Below, piece by piece: positions 29,129 to 38,672 of a DNA stretch of 64,000 nucleotides; within the stretch, counting starts at the first letter, position 1, and the number at the start of each line of letters is the position of its first letter. Both the position numbers and the translations under genes were made by a program. Below the pieces are notes generated by a model. The model had not been told where the DNA came from, searched no databases, and worked only from the letters and a program-made list of their open reading frames with translations. The DNA is from Candidatus Zixiibacteriota bacterium (lineage in GTDB: Bacteria; Zixibacteria; MSB-5A5; UBA10806; 4484-95). The stretch spans positions 64,001 to 128,000 of the forward strand of contig JBBIRK010000005.1 in the NCBI GenBank assembly GCA_037441845.1, written 5' to 3'.

Positions 29129-31597
29129 CTATATCGCCTTTTCCGGCTCAGGCAGTTTGCTGTCCTTAATCGGCTGAAGCTTGAAAGTCAACTTATCATC
29201 GTCGCCAAGATGATCGACGTCGACGTGGCAGTTGCCGGAAGCGAGATCGGCTCGCAACAGCTCTTCGGCCAGAGGATCCTCGATATAGCGCTGAATTGCC
29301 CGCTTGAGTGGCCGGGCTCCAAAATTCGGGTCGAATCCCTTGTCGGCGAGGAAATTTTTCGCATTAGTGGTAAGCGAGAATTCAATTCCCTTTTCTTTAA
29401 GCCGCTTCTCGACATCGGCCAGCAAAATTCCGATGATCTCGAGGATATCCGACTTCGTAAGCGGATGGAAAATAATCGTTTCATCGATTCGGTTCAGCAA
29501 TTCCGGATTGAACGTGCGTTTAAGTTCCTCGAGGATGCGTCCGCGCATGCCGTCGTAGTCCGACTTGGCGTCCATTTTCTGGAAACCGAGGGATTTGCCG
29601 ACCTTGGCCTCCCGCGTACCCATATTCGAGGTCATGATCACGACCGTGTTGCGGAAATCGACCTTGCGGCCGAATGAATCCGTGAGCTGGCCGTCGTCCA
29701 GCATCTGCAGCAAAATATTATAAACGTCCGGATGAGCTTTTTCGATTTCATCGAGGAGAACCACGGAATACGGCCGTCGTCTGACTTTTTCGGTCAACTG
29801 ACCGCCCTCTTCGTAGCCGACGTAACCCGGGGGCGCCCCGATCAACCTCGAAACCGAGAATTTTTCCATATATTCGGACATATCTATGCGCACCAGAGCT
29901 TCGTCGTCTTCGAATAGGAATGAGGCCAAAGCTTTCGCCAGCTCCGTCTTGCCTACACCGGTCGGTCCGAGGAAGATGAACGAGCCGATCGGTTTGCGCG
30001 GATCTTTGAGGCCGGCGCGGGTTCGCCGAATCGCTTTGGAAATGGCCTCGATAGCCTCCCGCTGGCCCACGATTCTCTTGGTAAGTTCTTCTTCCATCCT
30101 GAGAAGCTTTTGCGATTCACGCTCCTCGAGTTTGAACAATGGGATGCCGGTCATTTTTGAAATCACCGCGGCGATATCCTCGGACTTGATCTCGATCCGC
30201 TGTTTGGCTCTTCTTTCTTCCCATTCCTTTTTCTGCGATTCTAGTTGTTCCTTCTTGATTTTGATACTATCGCGAAGGTGGGCCGCTTTTTCGAATTCCT
30301 GATTCTTAACCGCGGCGTCTTTTTGCTTGGTCAACTCGATAATTTCGTCTTCGAGATGATTGAATGTCTCGGGCTTGGTGAAAGCGTTCAGATGAGCCCG
30401 GCTGCCGGCTTCATCGATGACGTCTATAGCCTTATCCGGCTGAAATCTGCCGGATATATATCGATCCGACAACATCACCGCCGAATGAATCGCCTCATCG
30501 GTGATTATCACCTTATGGTGCTCTTCGTATTTCGACCTTAGCCCTTTCAGAATGGCGATGGTGGCTTCGCTGGAAGGTGGATTGACCATGACGGTCTGGA
30601 AACGCCGATCGAGCGCCCCATCCTTTTCGATATATTTGCGATATTCGTTCAGCGTGGTCGCGCCAATACATTGCAGTTCGCCGCGCGACAAGGCCGGTTT
30701 GAATATATTCGAGGCGTCAAGGCTGCCCTCGGCCCCGCCCGCGCCGACGATCGTGTGCAACTCATCTATGAATATGATGACATCGTGCGAATTCACTATC
30801 TCGTTCATCACTGCTTTAAGGCGCTCTTCGAATTGCCCCCTGTATTTAGTGCCGGCAACCAGCGAGGCCATATCGAGAGTCACGATGCGCTTGTTTTCGA
30901 GAGTCTGCGGTACTTTGCCTTCGACGATGCGCTGAGCCAAGCCCTCGGCGATAGCGGTTTTTCCGACCCCGGGTTCGCCTATCAGCACGGGGTTGTTTTT
31001 CTTACGCCGCGATAATATCTGGCTCACCCGTTCGATTTCATCGTCCCGACCGATTATCGGATCGAGTTTGCCCCGCCGGGCGAGCTCGGTCAAATCGCGT
31101 CCGAAATGATCGAGCGCCGGAGTTTTGGACTTCTTTCTTTTTTTGCCGAAAGATGACGGCTTGCCCGATTGGATATTTTTAAGTTCTTCGTAAACTTCTT
31201 TATAGTCGATATCGTACATCGACAGTACCTGCGACGCCACGCCTTCTTCGTCTTTCAGCAACGCCAGCAGGATATGCTCGGTGTCGATATCTTTGGAGCG
31301 CAACGCCCTGGCCTCGTTCCCCGAGACCTCGAGCGTCTTTTTCGCTCTGGCGGTGAGCGGTAGTTGCCCCATTTGCATGGTGCCGCCCGATGGCTGAACG
31401 ATGTCCTCGATACTTTTTTTCAAGTCACCGAGTTCGACACCGATATTCTGCAAAATCTCCACCGCCAGTCCTTCACCAAGCCGCACCAGGCCGAGCAGCA
31501 GATGCTCGGTGCCGATATAATCATGTTTCAGCCGGGCGGCCTCGTCACGCGCATATTCGATTGCCTTGCGGGCACGTTCGGTGAACATCTCATTCAT
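29129..31597 (-). CDS. clpC: ATP-dependent Clp protease ATP-binding subunit ClpC
   Basis: Clp-N repeats (GTEHLLLGL), two AAA+ modules ([16 protein letters not shown]), UVR-type M domain ([10 protein letters not shown]), LGF ClpP-binding loop, GARPL. Confidence 0.97.
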   Translation of the reverse strand: MNEMFTERARKAIEYARDEAARLKHDYIGTEHLLLGLVRLGEGLAVEILQNIGVELGDLKKSIEDIVQPSGGTMQMGQLPLTARAKKTLEVSGNEARALRSKDIDTEHILLALLKDEEGVASQVLSMYDIDYKEVYEELKNIQSGKPSSFGKKRKKSKTPALDHFGRDLTELARRGKLDPIIGRDDEIERVSQILSRRKKNNPVLIGEPGVGKTAIAEGLAQRIVEGKVPQTLENKRIVTLDMASLVAGTKYRGQFEERLKAVMNEIVNSHDVIIFIDELHTIVGAGGAEGSLDASNIFKPALSRGELQCIGATTLNEYRKYIEKDGALDRRFQTVMVNPPSSEATIAILKGLRSKYEEHHKVIITDEAIHSAVMLSDRYISGRFQPDKAIDVIDEAGSRAHLNAFTKPETFNHLEDEIIELTKQKDAAVKNQEFEKAAHLRDSIKIKKEQLESQKKEWEERRAKQRIEIKSEDIAAVISKMTGIPLFKLEERESQKLLRMEEELTKRIVGQREAIEAISKAIRRTRAGLKDPRKPIGSFIFLGPTGVGKTELAKALASFLFEDDEALVRIDMSEYMEKFSVSRLIGAPPGYVGYEEGGQLTEKVRRRPYSVVLLDEIEKAHPDVYNILLQMLDDGQLTDSFGRKVDFRNTVVIMTSNMGTREAKVGKSLGFQKMDAKSDYDGMRGRILEELKRTFNPELLNRIDETIIFHPLTKSDILEIIGILLADVEKRLKEKGIEFSLTTNAKNFLADKGFDPNFGARPLKRAIQRYIEDPLAEELLRADLASGNCHVDVDHLGDDDKLTFKLQPIKDSKLPEPEKAI

Positions 31598-31626
31598 AAG
31601 TCAACCTCTCCCTGATTGGCGAATAG

Positions 31627-32673
31627 TCATTCCCTAAGCGCTTCCCTTACCAGTTCGGCTCTTACCATATCCCGCTCCGTCGGATCCATCTCCCGATTGT
31701 AATATTTTTGAAGATGCGCGGGCTGGGTAATTATAAGAAGATGGTTAATTTTATCGATCGAAACTTTGTCGATCAAATTCAAACTGATTCCCAAACGCAG
31801 CGCCGAAAGCAGGTTCATCACCTCGCCGGAGGTAAGCACACGGGCGTGCAACAGGATGCCGTACGATCTCCAGACTTTGTCCTCGATCTGGTCCGGGGCG
31901 TCTTTCATCAAGGTTTCCTGCGAGTTGGTTTCATATTCGATTATCTGCTGCGTCACTTTGGCCAAAGAATCGATTATCTCTTCCTCGGAACGGCCCAGGG
32001 TGGTTTGATTGGAAATTTGAAACAGGTTTCCCATCACGTCTGTCCCTTCCCCGTAAAATCCTCTAACCACCAAACCCACTTTGGAAATCCTCGCTATGAC
32101 ATTATCGATCTCGCGGGTTAATACGAGACCGGGCAAATGAATCAAGATCGACGCCCGTAAACCGGTTCCGACATTCGTGGGGCAAGCGGTCAAATAACCG
32201 AAACTGCCGTCGAATGCAAATTCCATGGCCGAACAAAGATTACGATCGACCCGGAACGCCTGCTCCCAACATTCGGTCATCGAAAGTCCGGGAGACAGCA
32301 CCTGCAACCTGATGTGGTCTTCTTCATTTACCATCACGGACAGCCGGCCGTCATTATTGATATATAACCCTCTTCCTGATCCGTCCTTCATGAAGTCGGG
32401 AGAAATCAGGTGCCGTTCGACCAAAAAACTTTGATCGATCGGGGTGATATCGGCGGAACGGTAGAAATCGCCCGATTCCAACAAGCCGGCGCGTTCAAAG
32501 GCGGAATGAACGTATTCGACGATTCGATCCCGAGTGTCGGTATCGGCCGACGGTGGGAATTTGAATTCGGCGATATTGCGAGCCAGTCTAATCCTTGACG
32601 ACAACACGATCATCGATTGCGGCCCCTCACCGCTCAACCATGATGCCGAACTCTGGACCATCCGCTCAAACAT
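31627..32673 (-). CDS. mcsB: Protein arginine kinase McsB
   Basis: SSRIRLARN, LVERHLIS, MVNEEDH, GYLTACPTNVGTG.RAS, VRG.YGEG, FQISNQ.TLG. Confidence 0.96.
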   Translation of the reverse strand: MFERMVQSSASWLSGEGPQSMIVLSSRIRLARNIAEFKFPPSADTDTRDRIVEYVHSAFERAGLLESGDFYRSADITPIDQSFLVERHLISPDFMKDGSGRGLYINNDGRLSVMVNEEDHIRLQVLSPGLSMTECWEQAFRVDRNLCSAMEFAFDGSFGYLTACPTNVGTGLRASILIHLPGLVLTREIDNVIARISKVGLVVRGFYGEGTDVMGNLFQISNQTTLGRSEEEIIDSLAKVTQQIIEYETNSQETLMKDAPDQIEDKVWRSYGILLHARVLTSGEVMNLLSALRLGISLNLIDKVSIDKINHLLIITQPAHLQKYYNREMDPTERDMVRAELVREALRE

Positions 32674-33202
32674 TGCTCTTTTCCCCTCGCTGTTTGGAAG
32701 ATAGTTCTCTAATCCTGTCCCGCAACTTTGCGGCGGCTTCGAAATTCTCCTCCTCTATCGCTTTTTTAAGCTCGTCACGGAGCCTGAGTTCTTCTTTCAC
32801 CGGCCGGATCGCCTCGGTAGGGGCGGTGGCTCTATGCCCCCGATGTTCGGCCGAACCATGTATTTTCCGAAGGATATCGGTCAGTTCCGTGCGGAAAGCG
32901 TCGTAACAGGCGGCGCAACCCAATCTGCCTATCTTGCCGAACTCCGAGAATGTCAAGCCGCAGGAATTGCACCTTATTTCCTGCTTATCCGACTTGGCGC
33001 TTCTGCCGGCGCTTTTCGCCTTGCCCGGACCGAGCATTCCTGTCACGAATTCAGCCAATGGAAAAGGCATCTGTTCGAAAGGAGAATGGAATCCCCTTTT
33101 TTCGGCGCAAATCCTACAAAGATTCAGCACGACCTTTTCATTATTTATGATCTGGGTCAGATGAATATTCGCTTCACGCTTATTGCAATCCTGACAAAGC
33201 AT
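32666..33202 (-). CDS. mcsA: McsB activator McsA
   Basis: Four CxxC motifs, GRLGC..CY, HG...H.G, C-terminal UVR domain (ENFEAAAKLRD). Confidence 0.94.
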   Translation of the reverse strand: MLCQDCNKREANIHLTQIINNEKVVLNLCRICAEKRGFHSPFEQMPFPLAEFVTGMLGPGKAKSAGRSAKSDKQEIRCNSCGLTFSEFGKIGRLGCAACYDAFRTELTDILRKIHGSAEHRGHRATAPTEAIRPVKEELRLRDELKKAIEEENFEAAAKLRDRIRELSSKQRGEKSNV

Positions 33203-33276
33203 CGTAACCTCTTTTATTAAATTAAACCGATTTTGCCCTATATCTGTTCCATCACCCAAATAGGCTTCGATACACT

Positions 33277-33993
33277 CTAATTACAAGCATCTTCAAAAAT
33301 TAATCCATTCTCTAAAACGAATTTCCTGCCGATACGGCCGGCCATTCGCTCGTTATGAGTAGCAACCAAGAACGTTTGCCCAAGTTCTTGATTAAGTTCA
33401 AAAAACAACGCCAGCAATTCCTCCGCCGTCCGGTTATCGAGGTTCCCAGTAGGTTCATCGGCATATACTATGCTCGGTTTATTAAATAATGCCCTGGCGA
33501 CCGCAACTCTTTGCGCCTCACCGCCGGACAGTTGATTCGGACGATGATCCGCCCTGGCTGAAACACCCACCCTTTCCAATAAATGATACGCTCTTTCTTT
33601 CAATTTTCCCTTTTTGCCACCCGCAATCAAGCCCGGCATCATGACATTTTCCAATGCTGTAAATTCGGGCAGAAGATTATGGAACTGATAAACAAAACCC
33701 ACGCGTAAGTTGCGGAAATCGGCCAAAGCCTTGTGGTTCATCGCCTTAATGTCCACCCCATCGTATTCGATCTTGCCCGAATCGGGCCGGTCGAGCGTCG
33801 CCAAAATATGTAATAATGTCGATTTCCCCGTGCCGGATGCGCCCCGGATCACCGCCATCTCGGCCTGTTTCAATTTTATTGTCGCCCCCTTCAGCACCTG
33901 AAGCGTCTCATTGCCCGACAAATATGTTTTGAATATCGATTCGGCGTTTAGAATAAGGCGCTGACCCGGCGGCGTTCGGGAATGATCATTCAT
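33277..33993 (-). CDS. lolD: Lipoprotein-releasing ABC transporter ATP-binding protein
   Basis: GASGTGKST, GFVYQFHNLLPEFTALENV, LSGGE.QRVA.ARA, ADEPTGNLD. Confidence 0.9.
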   Translation of the reverse strand: MNDHSRTPPGQRLILNAESIFKTYLSGNETLQVLKGATIKLKQAEMAVIRGASGTGKSTLLHILATLDRPDSGKIEYDGVDIKAMNHKALADFRNLRVGFVYQFHNLLPEFTALENVMMPGLIAGGKKGKLKERAYHLLERVGVSARADHRPNQLSGGEAQRVAVARALFNKPSIVYADEPTGNLDNRTAEELLALFFELNQELGQTFLVATHNERMAGRIGRKFVLENGLIFEDACN

Positions 33994-35215
33994 AGCGGAT
34001 AGCCTCAACCGGATTCAGGCTCGATGCCCTCGTGGCTGGATAGATAGTGGCCAACCATGATAACAAGAAAGCCGCCGAACCGACCGATATAAAATCAAAT
34101 GTCTCCATTTTGACCGGCAATGCGCTGATAAAATAATATTCCGCCGGCAAGGTAATGATATGGAACGATTGCTGGCAAAGACAAAGTAGATATCCCAGCA
34201 AGCAGCCGAGCGTTCCCCCGAACAGACCCACGGTTACTCCTTGAATCATGAATATCCTTCTGATACGATTTCCGGTCAAGCCGAGCGACATAAGAATTCC
34301 TATGTCTTTTTTCTTTTCGAGAACGACCATGATCAAGGAAGAGATAATGTTGAAAGCGGCCACGGCGATTATCAGGGACAAAATTATGAAGCTGGCCCAT
34401 TTTTCGAGAGTCATCCAGGAAAATAGATTCTTGTTCAAGGCCTTCCAATCGGTAGAATAATACTTGAAACCGATCACTTCGTCGATCGCCCCGGCTATTC
34501 GATCCGCGTTGTTGTAATCGTTTGTTTTCACGGCGATATCGGAAATTCGGTTTTCGATATTAAATAGCGACTGCGCCGCCTCGAGTGGTATATAAACCAG
34601 ATTCGCGTCATATTCGTACATTCCGGTTTCGAAAATTCCGGTCACCTGGCAAGACAATGCTTTAGGGACGATTCCGCCGATTCCGCCGACGGCATCCCTC
34701 AATGAAAACAGTTTGACTTTATCGTAAAGACCCGCCCCCAATCTATCGGCAAGATTCACGCCGAGCCAAATGCCGGCCAGGCTGGAATCATTGGTTTCGA
34801 ATGTCATTTTCTTGGTCAAGAGATATTTGTCGATTCTGCTAACCTTTGCTTCAAGCTCTGGGACTATCCCCCGTACCAAAACGCCGTCCGACTCGGTTCG
34901 ACTGGCAATCGCCGATTTGCTCTGCACCAACGGCGACAAGGCTATCACTCCGGGAACGCTTCTTATCTTTTCCGCGAGCATTTCCCAATCGTCTATTCCT
35001 TCACCGGCGACATTGCTTATGATTATATCCGAGCCCGTTCCCAGAATCCTGGAGCGGATCTCCGATTCAAAACCATTCATGACCGAAAGCACGATAACCA
35101 ACGCCGCCGTGCCGATAATAATCCCCATGATCGAGATCAGGGTTATCACCGATACGAAAGCATAGCGGTGCCGCGAGCTCATGTATCGCCTGGCGATATC
35201 GAATTCGAGAGACAC
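33986..35215 (-). CDS. lolE: Lipoprotein-releasing ABC transporter permease LolC/E
   Basis: ALVIVLSVMNGF, GMYEYD, VAAFNIISSL.M.V.EK..DIGIL; lysS-lolE-lolD synteny. Confidence 0.9.
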   Translation of the reverse strand: MSLEFDIARRYMSSRHRYAFVSVITLISIMGIIIGTAALVIVLSVMNGFESEIRSRILGTGSDIIISNVAGEGIDDWEMLAEKIRSVPGVIALSPLVQSKSAIASRTESDGVLVRGIVPELEAKVSRIDKYLLTKKMTFETNDSSLAGIWLGVNLADRLGAGLYDKVKLFSLRDAVGGIGGIVPKALSCQVTGIFETGMYEYDANLVYIPLEAAQSLFNIENRISDIAVKTNDYNNADRIAGAIDEVIGFKYYSTDWKALNKNLFSWMTLEKWASFIILSLIIAVAAFNIISSLIMVVLEKKKDIGILMSLGLTGNRIRRIFMIQGVTVGLFGGTLGCLLGYLLCLCQQSFHIITLPAEYYFISALPVKMETFDFISVGSAAFLLSWLATIYPATRASSLNPVEAIRYE

Positions 35216-35221
35216 CGAGGA

Positions 35222-36682
35222 TCAACTTTCGGGTTTCATGGTTGGGAAAAGAATAACGTCCCTTATCGAGGGAGAATCGGTGAGCAGCATGACTAATCTA
35301 TCGACACCCAAACCGTAGCCGGCGGTCGGGGGCATCCCGTGTTCGAGCGCATTGATAAAGTCCCAGTCGACCGGAGCGGCTTCGGCATGTCCTCTATCGA
35401 TCAGCGCCGCGTGCTCCTCCATTCTTTTTTTCTGGTCGTGCGGATCGTTTTGCTCCGAAAAAGCGTTGCCGAATTCGAACCCGGCAATAAAAAGCTCGAA
35501 TCTTTCGGCCAGCCGTTTGTCTTGCCGATGCACTTTTGCCAAAGGTGAAAGTTCAATCGGGAAATCCATCAAGAATGTGGGTTGGATCAAAGTCGGCTCT
35601 ACATACTTATCAAAGAAGGCATCGAAATAATCCCCTCTTCCTTTAAGGCCGGTGGTATCCAGGCCGAGTTTCCGAGCCAGACTTTCAAGCTCGGCTTCGC
35701 TCAAATCGATAATGTCGTATCCGCAGTTCTCTTTTATGGCGCCGAAATAAGTCAGCCGGTTGAAAGGTTTCGATAAATCTATCGTATGCGTTCCGAACTG
35801 CAATACCTGCGTTCCGCTTACAACCATCGATACCTGACGGAACATCTCTTCGAGAAACGGCATCAAATCGGTATAGTCGGCGTAGGCCCAGTAAAACTCG
35901 AGCATGGTGAATTCCGGATTGTGCAGTCGATCCATCCCCTCATTGCGAAAATCTTTCGCCAGTTCATATACCTTTTCGAAACCGCCGATGATAAGCCGTT
36001 TGAGATAAAGCTCGTCGGCGATCCGCAAATAGAGATCGATATCCAGAGCGTTGTGGTGGGTTATGAAAGGCCGCGCGGCGGCTCCGCCATAGAGCGGTTG
36101 TAAGGCGGGCGTTTCCACCTCGATAAACCCCCTGTCATCAAGGAAACGCCGCAATTCCCTGATCACCGCCGCCCTGCGGATAAAATTGTTTTTAACCTCC
36201 GGTGTGGCGATTAAATCGAGATATCGTTGCCTATAACGTAATTCCTTATCTTGAAGTCCGTGCCATTTCTCGGGCAGCGGCCGCAATGATTTTGCCAGCA
36301 TCTCCGACCGCACGGCCCTGATAGTAATTTCCCCCATCCGGGTACGGAAAACCGTACCTTCGACTCCGATGAAGTCGCCGATATCGATAAGTTCGAAAAA
36401 GAGCCAGCGTTCCCCCAGATCATCTTGCCGGGCGTATATCTGTATTCTTCCTGATGAATCTTCGATCGTGGCGAACAGGGTCTTGCCGTGGCTTCTGATA
36501 CTTATTATCCTTCCCGCAACCCTTACCGTGGTTTCCGATGACGCGAGCCTATCGAAATCCGCGATGATCTCGACGGCGCTATGGCTCTTTTCGTATCGAT
36601 ATGGATAAGGATTGATACCGATATTTCTGAGCCGTTCCAGTTTTTCCAACCTGTATTTTACGAGCTCGTTTATATTTTCCAA
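35222..36682 (-). CDS. lysS: Lysine--tRNA ligase (class II)
   Basis: OB-fold, RYRQRYLDL, GGAAARPF.THHNAL, LRIA.ELYLKRL, FRNEG, GMPP..G.G.GVDRL; TTG start. Confidence 0.98.
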   Translation of the reverse strand: MENINELVKYRLEKLERLRNIGINPYPYRYEKSHSAVEIIADFDRLASSETTVRVAGRIISIRSHGKTLFATIEDSSGRIQIYARQDDLGERWLFFELIDIGDFIGVEGTVFRTRMGEITIRAVRSEMLAKSLRPLPEKWHGLQDKELRYRQRYLDLIATPEVKNNFIRRAAVIRELRRFLDDRGFIEVETPALQPLYGGAAARPFITHHNALDIDLYLRIADELYLKRLIIGGFEKVYELAKDFRNEGMDRLHNPEFTMLEFYWAYADYTDLMPFLEEMFRQVSMVVSGTQVLQFGTHTIDLSKPFNRLTYFGAIKENCGYDIIDLSEAELESLARKLGLDTTGLKGRGDYFDAFFDKYVEPTLIQPTFLMDFPIELSPLAKVHRQDKRLAERFELFIAGFEFGNAFSEQNDPHDQKKRMEEHAALIDRGHAEAAPVDWDFINALEHGMPPTAGYGLGVDRLVMLLTDSPSIRDVILFPTMKPES

Positions 36683-36706
36683 TATTCCTCCAATTCTAAC
36701 GGGGCG

Positions 36707-36735
36707 ATTTTAGCATATTCCGATGGTTTAGTCAA
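36707..36735 (-). promoter_or_regulatory. Putative sigma70 promoter of lysS-lolE-lolD
   Basis: TTGACT-N17-TAAAAT on the minus strand. Confidence 0.65.
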
Positions 36736-36857
36736 CATAAGCGTTTGCCATCGGTTGCAGAGAAAAAAATATGAAATTTTATATCAGCATTCGTGGTGAC
36801 AATGCATTTAGCAACGGCGTAGCTGTCTTCGAATCGCAAAATCGAGCGGACAGGACT

Positions 36858-36980
36858 TTAATCGGAACGGTTATCCTTTTTCACGGGATGAAATACCTTC
36901 CAGAAGCAGAAGACCACAAGCGCGGTCACCAGTCCCCAGGCCGTTGCAATGAATATTTTTCCCGCCAACGTAAATTCCAT
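36858..36980 (-). CDS. 40-aa single-TM protein, probable small subunit of the NSS transporter (MetS-like)
   Basis: Not in the ORF track. MEFTLAGKIFIATAWGLVTALVVFCFWKVFHPVKKDNRSD; ATG 3 nt after the NSS stop, preceded by GGGGA. Confidence 0.75.
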   Translation of the reverse strand: MEFTLAGKIFIATAWGLVTALVVFCFWKVFHPVKKDNRSD

Positions 36981-36983
36981 GGT

Positions 36984-38552
36984 CTATCCCCGAATTTCCG
37001 CACTGTTCGATTTCCGTTTCCAGGCGAATCTGACGAGTAAAAGCAATATCACCAGCAAAACCGCCATCAGCAGTCTTGCTCCCCAACGATACGGCAGATC
37101 GGCCTCGCTCATGTTTTTCATGAGCAAAATGGGAACGGCGTCACGAACTATCCAATTGATGAAAATGAATAATAGGTAGGCCGGCGTGACATATTTGATT
37201 ATGTAATAAAATATCTTCGGTATTCGGATCTCTGCGCCGCGGGTTATTTCTTCCCAACCTTTTTTCATACCGAAAATCCAGGCGAAAATTATCACCTCGA
37301 ACAGCGCCAGGAACGCCAGACCGAAAGTGCCGGCCCAGTAATCCATCTCGTCGAGGAATCCGTGTGCCAGGAAAAAGACCACGAATTGCACGCAAATAAT
37401 CGTTCCCAAACCGATTACGGCGGTGGCTTTTCCGTGACTCAAGTTCAATTCATCTTTAAGAAAGGAAATGAGCGGCTGGGCAAGCGCGACCGATGAAGTG
37501 ATTCCGGCGAAAAAGAGAAGCAAAAACCAGAGGAAACCGAAAAATTCACCCAGATGGATTTTCTGAAAAATAATCGACATCGAAACGAAACCGAGGTTGA
37601 AGGCGCCGCCGGCGGCGATCTGCTGAGTCATCGTTATACCGAAAAAAGCGACTGCGATCGGAATCGCGATGCCACCTCCGAAAATAATTTCCACGAACTC
37701 GTTGATGGATGCGGTGGACAATCCGCCGAGGGCGATATCGTCGTTTTCTTTGACATAGCTTGCGTATGCCTGGATACAGCCGAGCCCGAGACTCAACGTA
37801 AAAAATATCTGTCCGGCGGCAGCCAGCCAAACGGAGGCGCTCGAGAGTCGGCTGAAATCCGGATTCCATAAAAAGGCGAAACCGCTTTTCACATTCCAGT
37901 CGGGATGGTTGACCGAATCCGGCGTTCCTATCGTAAACACTCTGATAAGCAATATCATGGCGAAAACGATCAGAAGCGGCATAGCGATTTTGGCGAGGGT
38001 TTCGATACCTTTAGAGATGCCGCGGTATAACACCCAGATATTAAGGCCGATTGTCAGCAACAAGAAAATGTAAGCCGGCAGAATACTCGAGAAATAACCC
38101 TTCTCGATACCCTGATAGCTTGCCAGAAAATTCCCCATCGAGGAAAAGGTGGTCTCCCCGAAATATGCCTTGGTCAGCGAAAAAAAGCTGAATCCGAGCG
38201 TCCACGATTCTATATAGGTGTAATAAATCAGGATGACGCTCGAAATGAAAAGACCGGCCGCGCCAATGTATTTGGCCGCCGGATTTTTCCACATAGCATC
38301 GAACATACCGGGAACGCTGCCATGACCGAGTTTTCCGCCGTATCTTCCCATACCCCATTCGAGCCACATCATCGGCAGACCGAGGAAGAAAAACGCCACT
38401 ACGTATGGGATCATGAAGGCGCCGCCGCCGTTCTGCGCGGCTTGGACCGGGAATCGCAACAGGTTTCCCAGACCGACGGCATTTCCGGCCGCCGCGAGGA
38501 TAAGTCCCAGCCTTGTAGCCCAAAGCTCTCGCATTTTTTTCGGATTGGTCAT
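36984..38552 (-). CDS. Sodium-dependent NSS family (LeuT-like) amino-acid transporter
   Basis: RE.WATRLGLILA.AGNAVGLGN.LRFP, NGGGAFMIPY, GQIFFTLSLG, FFAGITSS. Confidence 0.95.
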   Translation of the reverse strand: MTNPKKMRELWATRLGLILAAAGNAVGLGNLLRFPVQAAQNGGGAFMIPYVVAFFFLGLPMMWLEWGMGRYGGKLGHGSVPGMFDAMWKNPAAKYIGAAGLFISSVILIYYTYIESWTLGFSFFSLTKAYFGETTFSSMGNFLASYQGIEKGYFSSILPAYIFLLLTIGLNIWVLYRGISKGIETLAKIAMPLLIVFAMILLIRVFTIGTPDSVNHPDWNVKSGFAFLWNPDFSRLSSASVWLAAAGQIFFTLSLGLGCIQAYASYVKENDDIALGGLSTASINEFVEIIFGGGIAIPIAVAFFGITMTQQIAAGGAFNLGFVSMSIIFQKIHLGEFFGFLWFLLLFFAGITSSVALAQPLISFLKDELNLSHGKATAVIGLGTIICVQFVVFFLAHGFLDEMDYWAGTFGLAFLALFEVIIFAWIFGMKKGWEEITRGAEIRIPKIFYYIIKYVTPAYLLFIFINWIVRDAVPILLMKNMSEADLPYRWGARLLMAVLLVILLLLVRFAWKRKSNSAEIRG

Positions 38553-38616
38553 ACGAATTTCCGCTTAATGTTCTAATATTCGGCCACCAAGTGTCCGCCC
38601 GATGAGTCACAGGAAA

Positions 38617-38648
38617 CTGTCCCGGAGACGATCGGTCTCCGGGAACAG
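38617..38648. terminator. Stable hairpin between hppA and the NSS gene (terminator or mRNA-stabilising stem)
   Basis: CTGT-CCCGGAGAC-GATCG-GTCTCCGGG-A-ACAG; only a short T tract follows on the minus strand. Confidence 0.5.
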
Positions 38649-38672
38649 CTTAACTCTTGTCGAACGCACAAT

